From Lysobacteraceae bacterium (GTDB lineage: Bacteria; Pseudomonadota; Gammaproteobacteria; Xanthomonadales; Xanthomonadaceae): a stretch of DNA of 57,058 nt. Location: the NCBI GenBank assembly GCA_046590925.1, contig JBKJTC010000315.1, positions 1-57,058 of the forward strand. The letters run 5' to 3'. The notes below the pieces were generated by a model. That model was not told the origin of the DNA. It saw only the letters and a program-made list of their open reading frames with translations, and did not search any database. Shown here piece by piece: positions 1 through 10,576 of the stretch (position 1 is its first letter; each line of letters opens with the position of its first letter). Position numbers and translations under genes: made by a program.

Positions 1-241
1 ACGCCAGCACCGCGACGACGAAGCCGAGGCTCATCGCCAGACCGCTGCACGCGGCGCCGCGGACGCTGCGGGTGGTGTCCAGCGCGAGCAGCCAAGGCAC
101 CAGCGCGACGAAGCCCAACAGATAAACAAATGGAATGCCGGCGAACGCCGTGCCGGAGGCGTACAGGCCCAGCAGGGCCGCACTGGCAGCGACCGCCGCG
201 AGTCCGCGCCAGACGGGGTGGGAGCGCAGGATCGCGTTCAG
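1..241 (-). CDS. Partial CDS (N-terminus), apolipoprotein N-acyltransferase (Lnt)-like membrane protein; runs off the left edge
   Basis: Manual translation gives LNAILRSHPVWRGLAAVAASAALLGLY...YLLGFVALVPWLLALD...; hydrophobic, with the LxFVALVPxLLAL pattern of Lnt N-termini. Start uncertain (CTG at 241, just after the upstream stop). Catalytic domain is outside the window. Confidence 0.5.
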   Translation of the reverse strand, partial: MNAILRSHPVWRGLAAVAASAALLGLYASGTAFAGIPFVYLLGFVALVPWLLALDTTRSVRGAACSGLAMSLGFVVAVLA

Positions 242-243
242 AT

Positions 244-966
244 CTAGGGTTTCCCCGGTTGCAGCGGCGGCGGAATCTTGATCGGCCGCGCCGTCAGCCC
301 GTCCGGCGCCATGCCCGGCGGAACCACGCGGTTCTCCGGGATCTTGATCGGTTTGCCGGACGCGTCGAAGAATTGATAGTCGGGCGAGAACATCAGGATC
401 GGTTCGATCCGCTGGCCGTCGTCGGTCGCCTGGAAATGGCGGACATAGCCTTCGGGCAATGCGTAATCGTCGGGAACCGCCAGCCCCACCAGCGGCGGGC
501 TGGTGCCCGGCGGCGGAAACGCGCCGATGCCCGTATGGATGCCGGCCTTGTTCAACTCGGCGATGACTTCTGCGCCTGACGGCTCTTCGCCGGGACGCAC
601 GATGCCCGACAGCGCGTCGGCCAGATCCGGCGTAGGACCACCGCCGGAACCATTGGATTGCGCGCTCACCTGGTGAAGCGCCACGGCGGCCGCTGCGGAT
701 GACGCGGGATTCTCGGCGCCCATCGCGTTCGCGTCGGCGATGCGCGTGTCGGCAGTGTCGTTTGCGGCATCGGCCTGTCCGGCATTCGATGCTTCGTTAC
801 GGGTGTAGAGATAGAAGCTGCCGGACAGCGTCGCGCCGACCATGACCAGCGCCAACGCCTTGTATAAAAGCGCCGGGCGCCTTCCGGCACCCGTGCGCTC
901 GACCACGCGCACCCCGTCGCCGTCCGTAGCGGACGGCGCGGGATGCGGTTTGTCGCGATCATCCAT
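244..966 (-). CDS. Hypothetical membrane-anchored protein (single N-terminal TM, Pro-rich C-terminal domain)
   Basis: 240-aa ORF with TM segment ALLYKALALVMVGATLSGSFYLY; 15 bp downstream of the SGNH gene, same strand. Confidence 0.75.
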   Translation of the reverse strand: MDDRDKPHPAPSATDGDGVRVVERTGAGRRPALLYKALALVMVGATLSGSFYLYTRNEASNAGQADAANDTADTRIADANAMGAENPASSAAAAVALHQVSAQSNGSGGGPTPDLADALSGIVRPGEEPSGAEVIAELNKAGIHTGIGAFPPPGTSPPLVGLAVPDDYALPEGYVRHFQATDDGQRIEPILMFSPDYQFFDASGKPIKIPENRVVPPGMAPDGLTARPIKIPPPLQPGKP

Positions 967-981
967 CGACGCTGACGTGCG

Positions 982-2079
982 TTACGGAGCGATCGGGCTG
1001 AAGGTCGACAACGACCAGCCCATGCGCTCATGACCGAACTGGTTCCAGATCGGGCTCTTGCCGCCTGCGAAGGACGTGTAGCGCGCCGCGCCGGTACCGG
1101 TGGTGCCGCCCCACACACCCGCTGACACCGTACCCCCGGTGTAGGTCGGGTGGACGTCGTCGGACTGGATGTAGTCGTAGCTGCTCGCCGAGGACACGAA
1201 GTGGGTGTTGGCATCGCGCAGCGTCGGACGCAGCGCGCCGGTGATGCGGGCCAGGTAGCTGGCTTCGCTTTCGCCGGCCACATACTTCAGTGCCTCCGAA
1301 TCGATCTGGCCGTCGCCGTTGGTGTCGTAGTCCGCGCCCATGTACTCGGCGAAGTTGTCCACGCACTTGAAGCCCTTCTGACGCGCGTATTCGCAGGTCC
1401 AGTAGTTTATCTGCGCGATCGCCGGCAGGAACTTGTCGCGCAGGTTCACCCTGGCGCCGGTGGTCGGATCGTTGCACCCGCTCTGCACGTTGTCGGCGTT
1501 GTAGCCGGGGTAGTACAGATTGGCGACCACTTTCAGCTTCACGCCGGAATAGGCGTTGGCGTTGATGTAATCCATGCCCGCGGCGAGATACGTCTTGCAG
1601 TTGGCCACCGCTGTGCTCAGCACGTTGTAGTTGCAGGTGCCGGTCTGTCCCTTGAAGGCGGTGCGCGCCTGCAGGCCATCGTTGCCGCACATCTCGAAGG
1701 TCACCACGCGGGTCGAAGCGGCCTGCATGTAGGAACGCTCGGCGACGATCTTGTTGTTGTAGACGTCGGAAGCCACCGCGCCCGACTTGGCGCGACGGAT
1801 GCTTTCGATGTCCGCGCCCCACAGCGCCGCCAGGTATTCGGCATCGACCGTGGGCGCCGAATACTTGGCGGCGTTGGAGATGGAGCCGTTGTAGCCCGCA
1901 TAAATCGAATCGCCGTAAGCGACGACGCGATACTTCGCGGTGGTGCCCGCGCGGTCGATGGTCCACGACACGTTCTGGTTCAGCGTGCTGGCCATCGACG
2001 GCCCCGCGACGGCTGCCAGAATCAGGGTCGAGAGCAACGCACGCGAATTCTTGCCGAATCGGTTGATCATGATTTGCAT
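982..2079 (-). CDS. Secreted SGNH/GDSL-family hydrolase
   Basis: Signal peptide; block I YGDSI, block II KSGA, block III CGNDG, block V DDVHP; start may be 2070. Confidence 0.85.
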   Translation of the reverse strand: MQIMINRFGKNSRALLSTLILAAVAGPSMASTLNQNVSWTIDRAGTTAKYRVVAYGDSIYAGYNGSISNAAKYSAPTVDAEYLAALWGADIESIRRAKSGAVASDVYNNKIVAERSYMQAASTRVVTFEMCGNDGLQARTAFKGQTGTCNYNVLSTAVANCKTYLAAGMDYINANAYSGVKLKVVANLYYPGYNADNVQSGCNDPTTGARVNLRDKFLPAIAQINYWTCEYARQKGFKCVDNFAEYMGADYDTNGDGQIDSEALKYVAGESEASYLARITGALRPTLRDANTHFVSSASSYDYIQSDDVHPTYTGGTVSAGVWGGTTGTGAARYTSFAGGKSPIWNQFGHERMGWSLSTFSPIAP

Positions 2080-2411
2080 CCTTGTAAAGAGGTTGTGTCT
2101 TGCGAGAAGCCGAGGCGCTTCTGATCGTCCCTGCCCCGTTTGACCGCCATCCGAACCCGTACGGTCCGCCCCAGGCGGGGCTAACCCTAACGTGTCCCAT
2201 AGACAGGGTCAACACGGCGACATTGTCGCGGTGCAGCATTCCTGTCGGTGTTTCAGGCGTGTGACAGGAGTTGGATTTGTTTGCGGTGGAACGTGCAGCG
2301 ACGTTGCGTTGCAACGCAGATCCGTTCGTCGTCGACATACAAGACAACAGGAAGTCGCCTGCGATGTCTGGAACAAAGGTCGACGTTATCGATGCCAAGT
2401 TTCATTTTCTT

Positions 2412-2477
2412 GTAGGCTGGGTCATCGACCCAGCAGAAGCATGTCGAAATTTTTGCTGGGTCGATGACCCAGCCTAC
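2412..2477. repeat. GTAG-type REP doublet
   Basis: GTAGGCTGGGTCATCGACCCAGCA ... TGCTGGGTCGATGACCCAGCCTAC, perfect 24-bp inverted repeat. Confidence 0.85.
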
Positions 2478-2486
2478 GAGCTTTTC

Positions 2487-2596
2487 GTAGCCCGGGTAAG
2501 CGCACAGCGCGCACCCGGGAGAACGCAAGCCGTGAAGAATCCAAGCGGTGCAAGATCAAGAGCCCCGGGTGCGGCCTGCGGCCTTACCCGGGCTAC
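2487..2596. repeat. GTAG-type REP doublet (second family)
   Basis: GTAGCCCGGGTAAG...GCACCCGGG ... CCCGGGTGCG...CTTACCCGGGCTAC. Confidence 0.85.
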
Positions 2597-2599
2597 TTG

Positions 2600-3433
2600 T
2601 TAGCCTTCGTCATCATCATCCGTAAATTCAGCAGTGAGGAGAGTGAGCCTCCAACCCCCGGTTTGTGACAGCACCTGTTCGTAGACTTCGAGTTCGCGTT
2701 TTTCGCGAATTCGCCATCCGCTGGGTTCTGTGGATTCGATGCCAGAAGCCAAGCCTGGTGATTCATTGAATGTGCGGGCTAAGGCATCCCGTGGTATTGC
2801 CATGCCGGACTGTAAACCTATGTAAGGAAATTCAGCATGCCGATAAACTTGCTTTAAGATCCCATCTTTTGAGATCAACATGGCACAGGGGTCGTCGGAC
2901 AACTGCATAATTCTGCGACCACATGCCATTTTGCTAACGCCGAACTCATGAGCGACTGACGTGAGTGCTTCGATTGATACATCACGTTCGGCTCGCAGTT
3001 TGCGCTTGAATTCGGTGGGCGGCATAAGCAGTTCTGCCGCGAACGTATTCGCTTCGGCTTCCCAAGCAGCATTGCCGCGTGCGCCCGTAATTTCTTCTTG
3101 CTGCATATCTGTCTGAGTGCAGCGGAAGCCATCTTGTGTCGGTATATGCAACGGCATCAGGTAATGCCCAAGTTCATGGCCGACGGTAAAACGTCGCCGC
3201 TCAGGTCGTGCATCGGAACGAACAAGGATCATGCAATTTGATTTTGCTTCATCAGCTAATAGCGCACCTTCGAAACTATCGGTATCAAACGGAAGAACCT
3301 GACGAATTTCAAGTGCAAGTGCGATCTCTTCAACAGGAAGCGGAAACACAACGTTGGGAAGCAGATTCAGTACCCCTGCAGCCATCTTGCGAGGATTGCC
3401 GATGTCTGCTAATTCCATCCGCTCAAGGAGCAT
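2600..3433 (-). CDS. ImmA/IrrE-family (DUF955) metallo-endopeptidase
   Basis: RRRFTVGHELGH zinc motif and EAEANTFAAELLMP motif; adjacent to an XRE HTH gene. Confidence 0.9.
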   Translation of the reverse strand: MLLERMELADIGNPRKMAAGVLNLLPNVVFPLPVEEIALALEIRQVLPFDTDSFEGALLADEAKSNCMILVRSDARPERRRFTVGHELGHYLMPLHIPTQDGFRCTQTDMQQEEITGARGNAAWEAEANTFAAELLMPPTEFKRKLRAERDVSIEALTSVAHEFGVSKMACGRRIMQLSDDPCAMLISKDGILKQVYRHAEFPYIGLQSGMAIPRDALARTFNESPGLASGIESTEPSGWRIREKRELEVYEQVLSQTGGWRLTLLTAEFTDDDDEG

Positions 3434-3438
3434 CGAGG

Positions 3439-3768
3439 CTACTCCTTCGGCTTCTGCTTCATCGAGTCAATAAGCGCGCGAATATTAGCCTGCTGATCAG
3501 GCTTCAAATCGCGCAGATCTCGGAATAGGGCGCCCATCTTCGCCTCGTCTTCGCTTTGTTCGCCCAGCAAGTAGGCGACAGTCACCTGATAGTGCTTAGC
3601 CATTCGCTCCATGAGTTCTTTGCTGGGGTTGCGGCTCTCACCTTTTTCTAACTCCCAGAAATGAGGCTTGCTGATGGCCACAGCGTCAGCAGCCTTCTGA
3701 AGAGACTCCCCCTTTCGAATGCGTAACTGTTTCAGACGCGCTGCAAATGTGGCGGGTGTCTCGAGCAT
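3439..3768 (-). CDS. XRE-family helix-turn-helix repressor
   Basis: RLKQLRIRKGESLQKAADAVAISKPHFWELEKGESRNPS; ATG at 3768 has a GGAGAG ribosome-binding site. Confidence 0.9.
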   Translation of the reverse strand: MLETPATFAARLKQLRIRKGESLQKAADAVAISKPHFWELEKGESRNPSKELMERMAKHYQVTVAYLLGEQSEDEAKMGALFRDLRDLKPDQQANIRALIDSMKQKPKE

Positions 3769-3792
3769 AAGGGTCTCTCCAGGGAGCCGGTT

Positions 3793-3859
3793 ATTATGGT
3801 CCGCACAAATCGTTAGATCAATCCTTGCAAATCTCAATTGTATGCCTCAATCTAACGAT
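3793..3859. promoter_or_regulatory. Divergent control region: sigma70-like promoter for the XRE gene overlapped by an inverted-repeat operator
   Basis: Minus strand TTGATC (3821-3816), 17 bp, CATAAT (3798-3793); ATCGTTAGAT (3809-3818) and its exact reverse complement ATCTAACGAT (3850-3859). Confidence 0.6.
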
Positions 3860-3915
3860 ACCGTCTGGGTTGTCCAGACGGCGTGCCGGGCGAATCTCCG
3901 GCTGAGGATCCAAAG

Positions 3916-4122
3916 TTGAACAGTCTCAGCATCCTTTATGGCATCCAAACGAAAGGCAAATTCACCATCTTCCAAGGCACGGATCGCCAATGGTATTTCC
4001 GACTCAAGGCGTCTAATGGGGAAACGTTGTGCCACTCCGAGGGCTATACAACGCGCCAATCAGCTGTACACGGTGTAGCGGCCGTCAAGGCCTACGCGCC
4101 GAACGCGGACGTGGGGGGTTAA
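3916..4122 (+). CDS. YegP/DUF1508-family small protein (single domain)
   Basis: GKFTIFQGTDRQWYFRLKASNGETLCHSEGYTTRQSAVHG matches the DUF1508 pattern; probable TTG start at 3916 after GAGG. Confidence 0.8.
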   Translation: MNSLSILYGIQTKGKFTIFQGTDRQWYFRLKASNGETLCHSEGYTTRQSAVHGVAAVKAYAPNADVGG

Positions 4123-4126
4123 CTTG

Positions 4127-4297
4127 ATGGCCACTAATCCTCCCCGCGGCGACGGACACCGGAATGGCGCGGTCCGCGACCGCTCGCAGTTCAAAGCACC
4201 AAACGGCAATTACACCAAGCGCAATACAGATAACGGCCGTTTCATGGACCAAAAAAAGGGCGGCGATCCCTTCAAGGGCGTCAGGCGGGAAAAGTAA
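4127..4297 (+). CDS. 56-aa basic small protein (below the ORF-track cutoff)
   Basis: MATNPPRGDGHRNGAVRDRSQFKAPNGNYTKRNTDNGRFMDQKKGGDPFKGVRREK*; starts 4 bp after the yegP-like stop. Confidence 0.75.
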   Translation: MATNPPRGDGHRNGAVRDRSQFKAPNGNYTKRNTDNGRFMDQKKGGDPFKGVRREK

Positions 4298-4491
4298 AGC
4301 TCTGAGTCGTCTTCACTGTCTCTGGCGCGAAGCGTCAGAGACCTCTGGGGAGTTCCTGCAGTGATATAGCCAGGCTGAAGGCCGCAACGCGCAATCGTAG
4401 AGCAGAACCCGCAAAGCGGATTCCGCCATCGACTCGCAGTCCCGTACTACGGTGTTACCGTAATTTCCTTCGCCGTAACCCCGGAACCCCC

Positions 4492-5058
4492 ATGACCCAC
4501 CTCCTCGGCATCTCCGGCAGTCTCCGCAGCGGTTCCTTCAACACGGCATTGCTGCGCGCGGCGCAATCACTCGCCAGCCCCGACGTAAAGTTCGAAGCCG
4601 CCACGCTGCACGGCATCCCGCTCTACGATGGCGATCTCGAAGCGCGAGAAGGCTTGCCCGCTGCGGTCCTCGCGTTGAAGGACAAGATCGTCGCCAGCGA
4701 TGGCGTGCTGCTGTGTACGCCGGAATACAACAACGGCATCCCCGGGGTGTTCAAGAACGCGATCGACTGGCTGTCGCGTCCCGGCGACGACATCGGCCGG
4801 GTGTTCGGTGGGCGGCCGTTCGCGGTGATCGGTGCATCGCCGGGCGGCTTCGGCACGATCATGGCGCAGAACGCGTGGCTGCCGGTGCTGCGCACGCTGG
4901 GCGCGCGGTTCTGGTCGGGCGGTCGCCTGCAGGTGTCGCGCATGCACACGCTGCTGGACGCGGATGGTGAATTGGCGGATGAAGCCACGCGCAAGTTGTT
5001 GGCGGAGTTCGTGAGCGGGTTCGCGGCGTTCGCAGGCAAGGTGACCGACCAGAAGTAA
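4492..5058 (+). CDS. NAD(P)H-dependent FMN reductase (ChrR/YieF-like)
   Basis: GISGSLRSGSFN and TPEYNNGIPGVFKNAIDWLSR motifs. Confidence 0.92.
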   Translation: MTHLLGISGSLRSGSFNTALLRAAQSLASPDVKFEAATLHGIPLYDGDLEAREGLPAAVLALKDKIVASDGVLLCTPEYNNGIPGVFKNAIDWLSRPGDDIGRVFGGRPFAVIGASPGGFGTIMAQNAWLPVLRTLGARFWSGGRLQVSRMHTLLDADGELADEATRKLLAEFVSGFAAFAGKVTDQK

Positions 5059-5110
5059 CGCTTCCGGGGAAACCGCATTGCTTCGTTCCCGCTCGCGCTC
5101 CCGCCCAGCT

Positions 5111-5127
5111 TGCACTAGATTGGTGCA
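5111..5127. promoter_or_regulatory. NtrC binding site abutting the ntrB start
   Basis: TGCACTAGATTGGTGCA fits the TGCACyA-N3-TGGTGCA NtrC consensus. Confidence 0.8.
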
Positions 5128-6211
5128 ATGCTCACCGATCCCAGCCCTACCATCACGCTCGACGCCGCGTCCTTCGATGCCCTGACCACGCCCATCGCCT
5201 GGTGCGACGCCGAGGGGCGGGTGGCGGGTGGCAATCTGGCGTTCGCGCGCTGGCTGGGCGTGAGCCAGCGGCGGCTGGCGGGCGTGCCGCTGGCGGCGTT
5301 CGAGGTGGAAGGCCAGCGGCTGGCGCGGATGCTGGCCGAGCCGCCGGTCGGCGAACAGATCCGGCTGCGGCGGCTGCATTTCGGCTTCCCCGGCAGCGAG
5401 AACCGGCCGTATGCCGACGCCCTGATGTCGAAGCGCGAAGATGGCGGCTGGTGGATCGAGGCGCACCCGGTGGACGAGTTTCCGGGCGAGGATCCGGCAT
5501 CGGTGCTGCCGTCGGCGCTGTCGGCGGCGCTGAAGGGGCTGGCGCACGAGCTGCGCAATCCGTTGGCGGGGCTGAAGGGCGCCGCGCAATTGTTGGCCCG
5601 CCGGGTCGAGAGCGACGAGGCGCGCGAACTTACCGAACTGATCGAATCCGAAGTCGCGCGGTTGACCGAACTCATTGATCGGCTGCTGTCGCCGCAGCCG
5701 GCGCGCGCGCACGAGCCGCTGAACATCCATGTTGTGCTGGAACGCGTGCTGCGGCTGGCGGAAAGCGACGCCGGCTGGGCGGTGAAACTGATCCGCGACT
5801 ACGACCCGTCGCTGCCGGAATTGCCCGGCGACGCCGACCGTCTGACGCAGGCGCTGTGGAATCTGGTGCGCAATGCGATCGAGGCCGGCGCGGCCAATGT
5901 GAGTTTGCGCACGCGCGTGGAGCACGGCGTTCGCATCGGCGACGTGGCGCATGCGCGCGCGCTGCGGCTGGAGATCGCCGACGACGGCCGCGGCGTGCCC
6001 GCGGCGCTGGCGGAGCGGGTGTTTTTGCCGCTGGTCAGCGGTCGCGCCGAGGGCACCGGCCTGGGTCTGGCGCTGGCGCAGCAGGTCGCGCGCGAACATC
6101 GCGGCTCGCTGAGCTACCGCTCGCGGCCCGGCCATACCGTGTTCACCGTGGTGCTGCCGTTCGCGCCGCTGCATCCGCATGAGGATGCGGAATCCATGAA
6201 GGAACACATCA

Positions 6212-6222
<11 letters not shown>
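5128..6222 (+). CDS. glnL: Nitrogen regulation sensor histidine kinase NtrB
   Basis: PAS-like N-terminus, GLAHELRNPLAGLKGAAQLL H-box, RDYDPSLP, NLVRNA, GTGLGL; overlaps ntrC. Confidence 0.93.
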
Positions 6223-7678
<1,456 letters not shown>

Positions 7679-7739
7679 ATGGGTGTTCGTGTGCTCGGCA
7701 CGCTTGCGATGCCAACCGCGAAAACACAGTTCATCCCCC

Positions 7740-7861
7740 GTAGAGCGGCCTTCAGGCCGCCGCTTCCGATACGCAACCGTTTCGTTTTCGTCAGCCGTGG
7801 GCACGGCCCTGATGTCGTCGCCGATAGGGTTCTGCCCGGGCCGGCCTGAAGGCCGCTCTAC
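7740..7861. repeat. REP doublet (GTAGAGCGGCCTTCAGGCCG family)
   Basis: GTAGAGCGGCCTTCAGGCCG ... CGGCCTGAAGGCCGCTCTAC; the same family recurs at 35695, 42328 and 46321. Confidence 0.88.
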
Positions 7862-7999
7862 GGATTCGATCTAATCGGCAGAAAGACGCTTGACGATCGT
7901 TCCGAATGCATGACCCGGACGAAGCGTTTCCCGCGGGTGGCGATACGCTCATCCAGCGGCGTTTATGATCGATTCCCCCGCACCGCAGGAATTGCCCGT

Positions 8000-8563
8000 A
8001 TGCCGCCGACCCGCATTCTCATGGTCTCGATCCTCGCCGCCTCGCTCGCCGCCTGTGGCAGCGCTCCGCCGCCGAAAACCGTCGCACCCGCGCAGCCGCA
8101 GCATCGCGTGCAGCGCGCGCAGGCGAACATCGCGCCGGCTTCGGCCAGCCTGGTCAGCGGCAGGCTGGCGATCACCGCTATCGACGGCGGCGTGCGCATC
8201 GAAGGCGAACTCGGCGGCCTGGGCCGCAGCGGCACCCACGCCATTCATGTCCACGAACGCGGCGACTGCAGCGCCGCCGACGGCAGCAGCGCCGGCGGTC
8301 ATTTCAATCCGTCCTCGTCCGCGCACGGCCGCGCCGGCACGCCGGTGCATCACCTCGGCGACATGGACAACCTCACGTCCAACGCCAGCGGCGTGGCCCG
8401 CGTCGACCTGCGATTGATGGGCGTCACCCTGGGCAGCGGCGGGTCGAACGACATCTTCGGCCGCGCGCTGGTGGTGCACGCCGGCCCCGACGATTACAGC
8501 AGCCAGCCGGCCGGCAACTCCGGCGCGCGCGTGGGCTGTGGGGTGATCCAGATCGCGATGTGA
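8000..8563 (+). CDS. sodC: Cu/Zn superoxide dismutase, lipoprotein
   Basis: Lipobox LAAC; HAIHVHE, SAGGHFNP, HHLGD, VVHAGPDDY, GNSGARVGCG. Confidence 0.93.
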   Translation: MPPTRILMVSILAASLAACGSAPPPKTVAPAQPQHRVQRAQANIAPASASLVSGRLAITAIDGGVRIEGELGGLGRSGTHAIHVHERGDCSAADGSSAGGHFNPSSSAHGRAGTPVHHLGDMDNLTSNASGVARVDLRLMGVTLGSGGSNDIFGRALVVHAGPDDYSSQPAGNSGARVGCGVIQIAM

Positions 8564-8649
8564 AAGATGGCACTGTGAAGCGGTTGTTGTGAGCAATGTG
8601 CCGGCCCATGCGATGTACACATGGGCCGGTGATGCTTACGGGTTTTCGA

Positions 8650-9156
8650 TCAGGGTTGTGCTGCGGATGTCGCGATGAAAGCCAGCAGGCCCGGGTTCAG
8701 CGCACCGTGCGACTGGCCGATGGACAGCAGGGCCGCTTCCAGGCCCTTCGCGGCGCTGGAGGTGGTGGTCACCGCGCGCGAATCGCTTTCGGATTCGATC
8801 CGCAGGCGGCTGCCTTTGACGACGTGACGGGAGATCCGGCCGTCGGCCGAGATCTGTTCCAGCAGGATGCCGTTGTAGCCCAGCACCGACGGTTCGTCGC
8901 CGCTCTTCAGCGCGGTGCCGGTGGCGCGTGCGCCGGCCAGCTCTTTCGTCACTACTTCGTACACGCGTCCCGGTGCGACCGTGACGGTCGGGTTGGGGCG
9001 GCCGGAGAACAGCAGGTAGGTGATGCGGATTTTTTCGCCGGGCGGATCGAGTGTGTCGCCGCGCGGTTGCGCCGCCGCCGCTGGCCCGGTGTACACCGCT
9101 GCCGCCATCAGTAACGCGCCGGCGAGCGCTTTGCCGAACGATTGGATGTTCATCAT
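8650..9156 (-). CDS. Exported hypothetical protein (FSGRPNP...LGYNG motif)
   Basis: Signal peptide; AAGGA RBS; 24 bp downstream of the LamG gene on the same strand. Confidence 0.75.
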   Translation of the reverse strand: MMNIQSFGKALAGALLMAAAVYTGPAAAAQPRGDTLDPPGEKIRITYLLFSGRPNPTVTVAPGRVYEVVTKELAGARATGTALKSGDEPSVLGYNGILLEQISADGRISRHVVKGSRLRIESESDSRAVTTTSSAAKGLEAALLSIGQSHGALNPGLLAFIATSAAQP

Positions 9157-9180
9157 GGAATGTCCTTGTGCCCGATGGGG

Positions 9181-10416
9181 TCAGTTGATGTTTTCGTGGC
9201 CGTAGCCTTCGGCGATATCGGTCCAGGCGAGGAAGAATCCGCAGAAATTGGCGTAGCCGCCCCGGTTCGCGGTGCGCGGATCGGTGATGGTGTTGCCGCT
9301 CTCGTCGGTATTGCGCGCAGTGCCGCTGCCGGGCTTGTGGCTCCAGGTGCCGTTCGAGTCCAGTCGGTACCAGTGATAGTCCGGATAGGGGCCGACGTAG
9401 CCGGTCACCAGCGCCACGCCCTTCTTGAAGTCAAGCGGCCAGCTGGGATAGTCGGAGATCGGTTCCAGCCCGTCGCCGATCGCCGCGGCGCGCACCGCGG
9501 CGCAGGTCATCGAACCGGCGGTGCCGATGGACGCCCGCCCGGGCTGCGCGAAGGTGTTGGTCGCCTTGTTGTTCGCGTAGTTGTAACAGTTGTTGTTGTA
9601 TTGCCGGTCGCCGCCGACGTTCCAGTACGAGGGCGTGAACGCCGGCTGGCCCGGATTGAGCACGTTCCACACTTCCCAGTTCGCCAGCGCCCGGTTATAG
9701 ACGAAGACCTCGTCGATGCGATCGTTGAAATTGACGTCCAAGGGCACGGTGGGGCTCCTCCAGGAGCCGATGAAAAACGGCAGGTCGGTGTTGGCGATGT
9801 GGCCCATGGTCCCCGGCGCTTCGCTGCCGACGTTGTAGCCGTCGACATAGAACGCCACGTTTACTGGCCACGAGGTACGGTTGACTGTCACCGCGATGTG
9901 GTGCCAGCGGTTGAGGGACAGTTGCGGCAGCGCGGCCGTGCCGTGGCTCCAGCTGGTGGTGCCGGAGGTGTCGGTGAGGTTGAGCATCAGGCGGTCGCCC
10001 CAGCCCAGCATGAAGCTGTAGCCGCTTCCGTTGCTGCTCTCGTTGGTGATGATGGTCTTTATCGGGTACCCGTTGTTTGCGGTGCTGGTGAAGCGGATCC
10101 ATGCGGCCAGCGTGAAGCTGCCGGTGCCGGGATTCAGGTGCGCCGAATTGGGCACTTGTACGTATTTGTTGCCGATCAGGTTCGAGCTGGTGCCCATCCA
10201 GCCGTAGCTGCTGGCTTCGCCGCCGTAAATGCGGCCGTGGCGGCCGTAGCCGCTGGTATCTAGCACGCGCTTGTAACCGAGGGGGAAGGATGAGGTCGGG
10301 GACATGTTCCATTCGCCGACCAGTCCGTTGGTGACGCGGTTCGGCACGGCGTGGCTGGCGGCCACCGGGAGCAGGGCGCCGATCGCAAGCGCCATGAGTG
10401 TCGCGATTCTGTTCAT
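9181..10416 (-). CDS. Secreted LamG/concanavalin-like domain protein with C-terminal putative Cys-His catalytic domain
   Basis: Signal peptide; LamG patterns (SFTLAAWI, RWHHIAVT, FYVDG, IDEVFVYNRAL); C-terminal NNCYNYA, AQPG, DYHWYR, WSHKPG; ATG at 10416 with AAGGA RBS. Confidence 0.8.
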   Translation of the reverse strand: MNRIATLMALAIGALLPVAASHAVPNRVTNGLVGEWNMSPTSSFPLGYKRVLDTSGYGRHGRIYGGEASSYGWMGTSSNLIGNKYVQVPNSAHLNPGTGSFTLAAWIRFTSTANNGYPIKTIITNESSNGSGYSFMLGWGDRLMLNLTDTSGTTSWSHGTAALPQLSLNRWHHIAVTVNRTSWPVNVAFYVDGYNVGSEAPGTMGHIANTDLPFFIGSWRSPTVPLDVNFNDRIDEVFVYNRALANWEVWNVLNPGQPAFTPSYWNVGGDRQYNNNCYNYANNKATNTFAQPGRASIGTAGSMTCAAVRAAAIGDGLEPISDYPSWPLDFKKGVALVTGYVGPYPDYHWYRLDSNGTWSHKPGSGTARNTDESGNTITDPRTANRGGYANFCGFFLAWTDIAEGYGHENIN

Positions 10417-10576
10417 GCTTTCGTTCCTTGAGAGTCGTTTGAACGGTGCGGCGGTGCGCGGAATGCCGGTCTGGCGGCACGCAGGCGCGCGCGTGGAATC
10501 CGGCGGTGTGCCGGGTTTGTGCGAGGGGATGTGGGACACCTCCTTGTGTCGTGCGGCCGGCGTGGCCGGGTCGTGG

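Noticed and set aside
2412-2596. Clustered palindromes as a possible CRISPR array
   Set aside because: Inverted GTAG...CTAC REP doublets, not direct repeats with unique spacers; no cas genes
4164-4364. 66-aa ORF in the track
   Set aside because: Overlaps out of frame the better-supported 56-aa ORF at 4127-4297
8569-8583. TGGCAC after sodC as a sigma54 promoter
   Set aside because: No TTGC at the -12 position and no gene downstream on that strand
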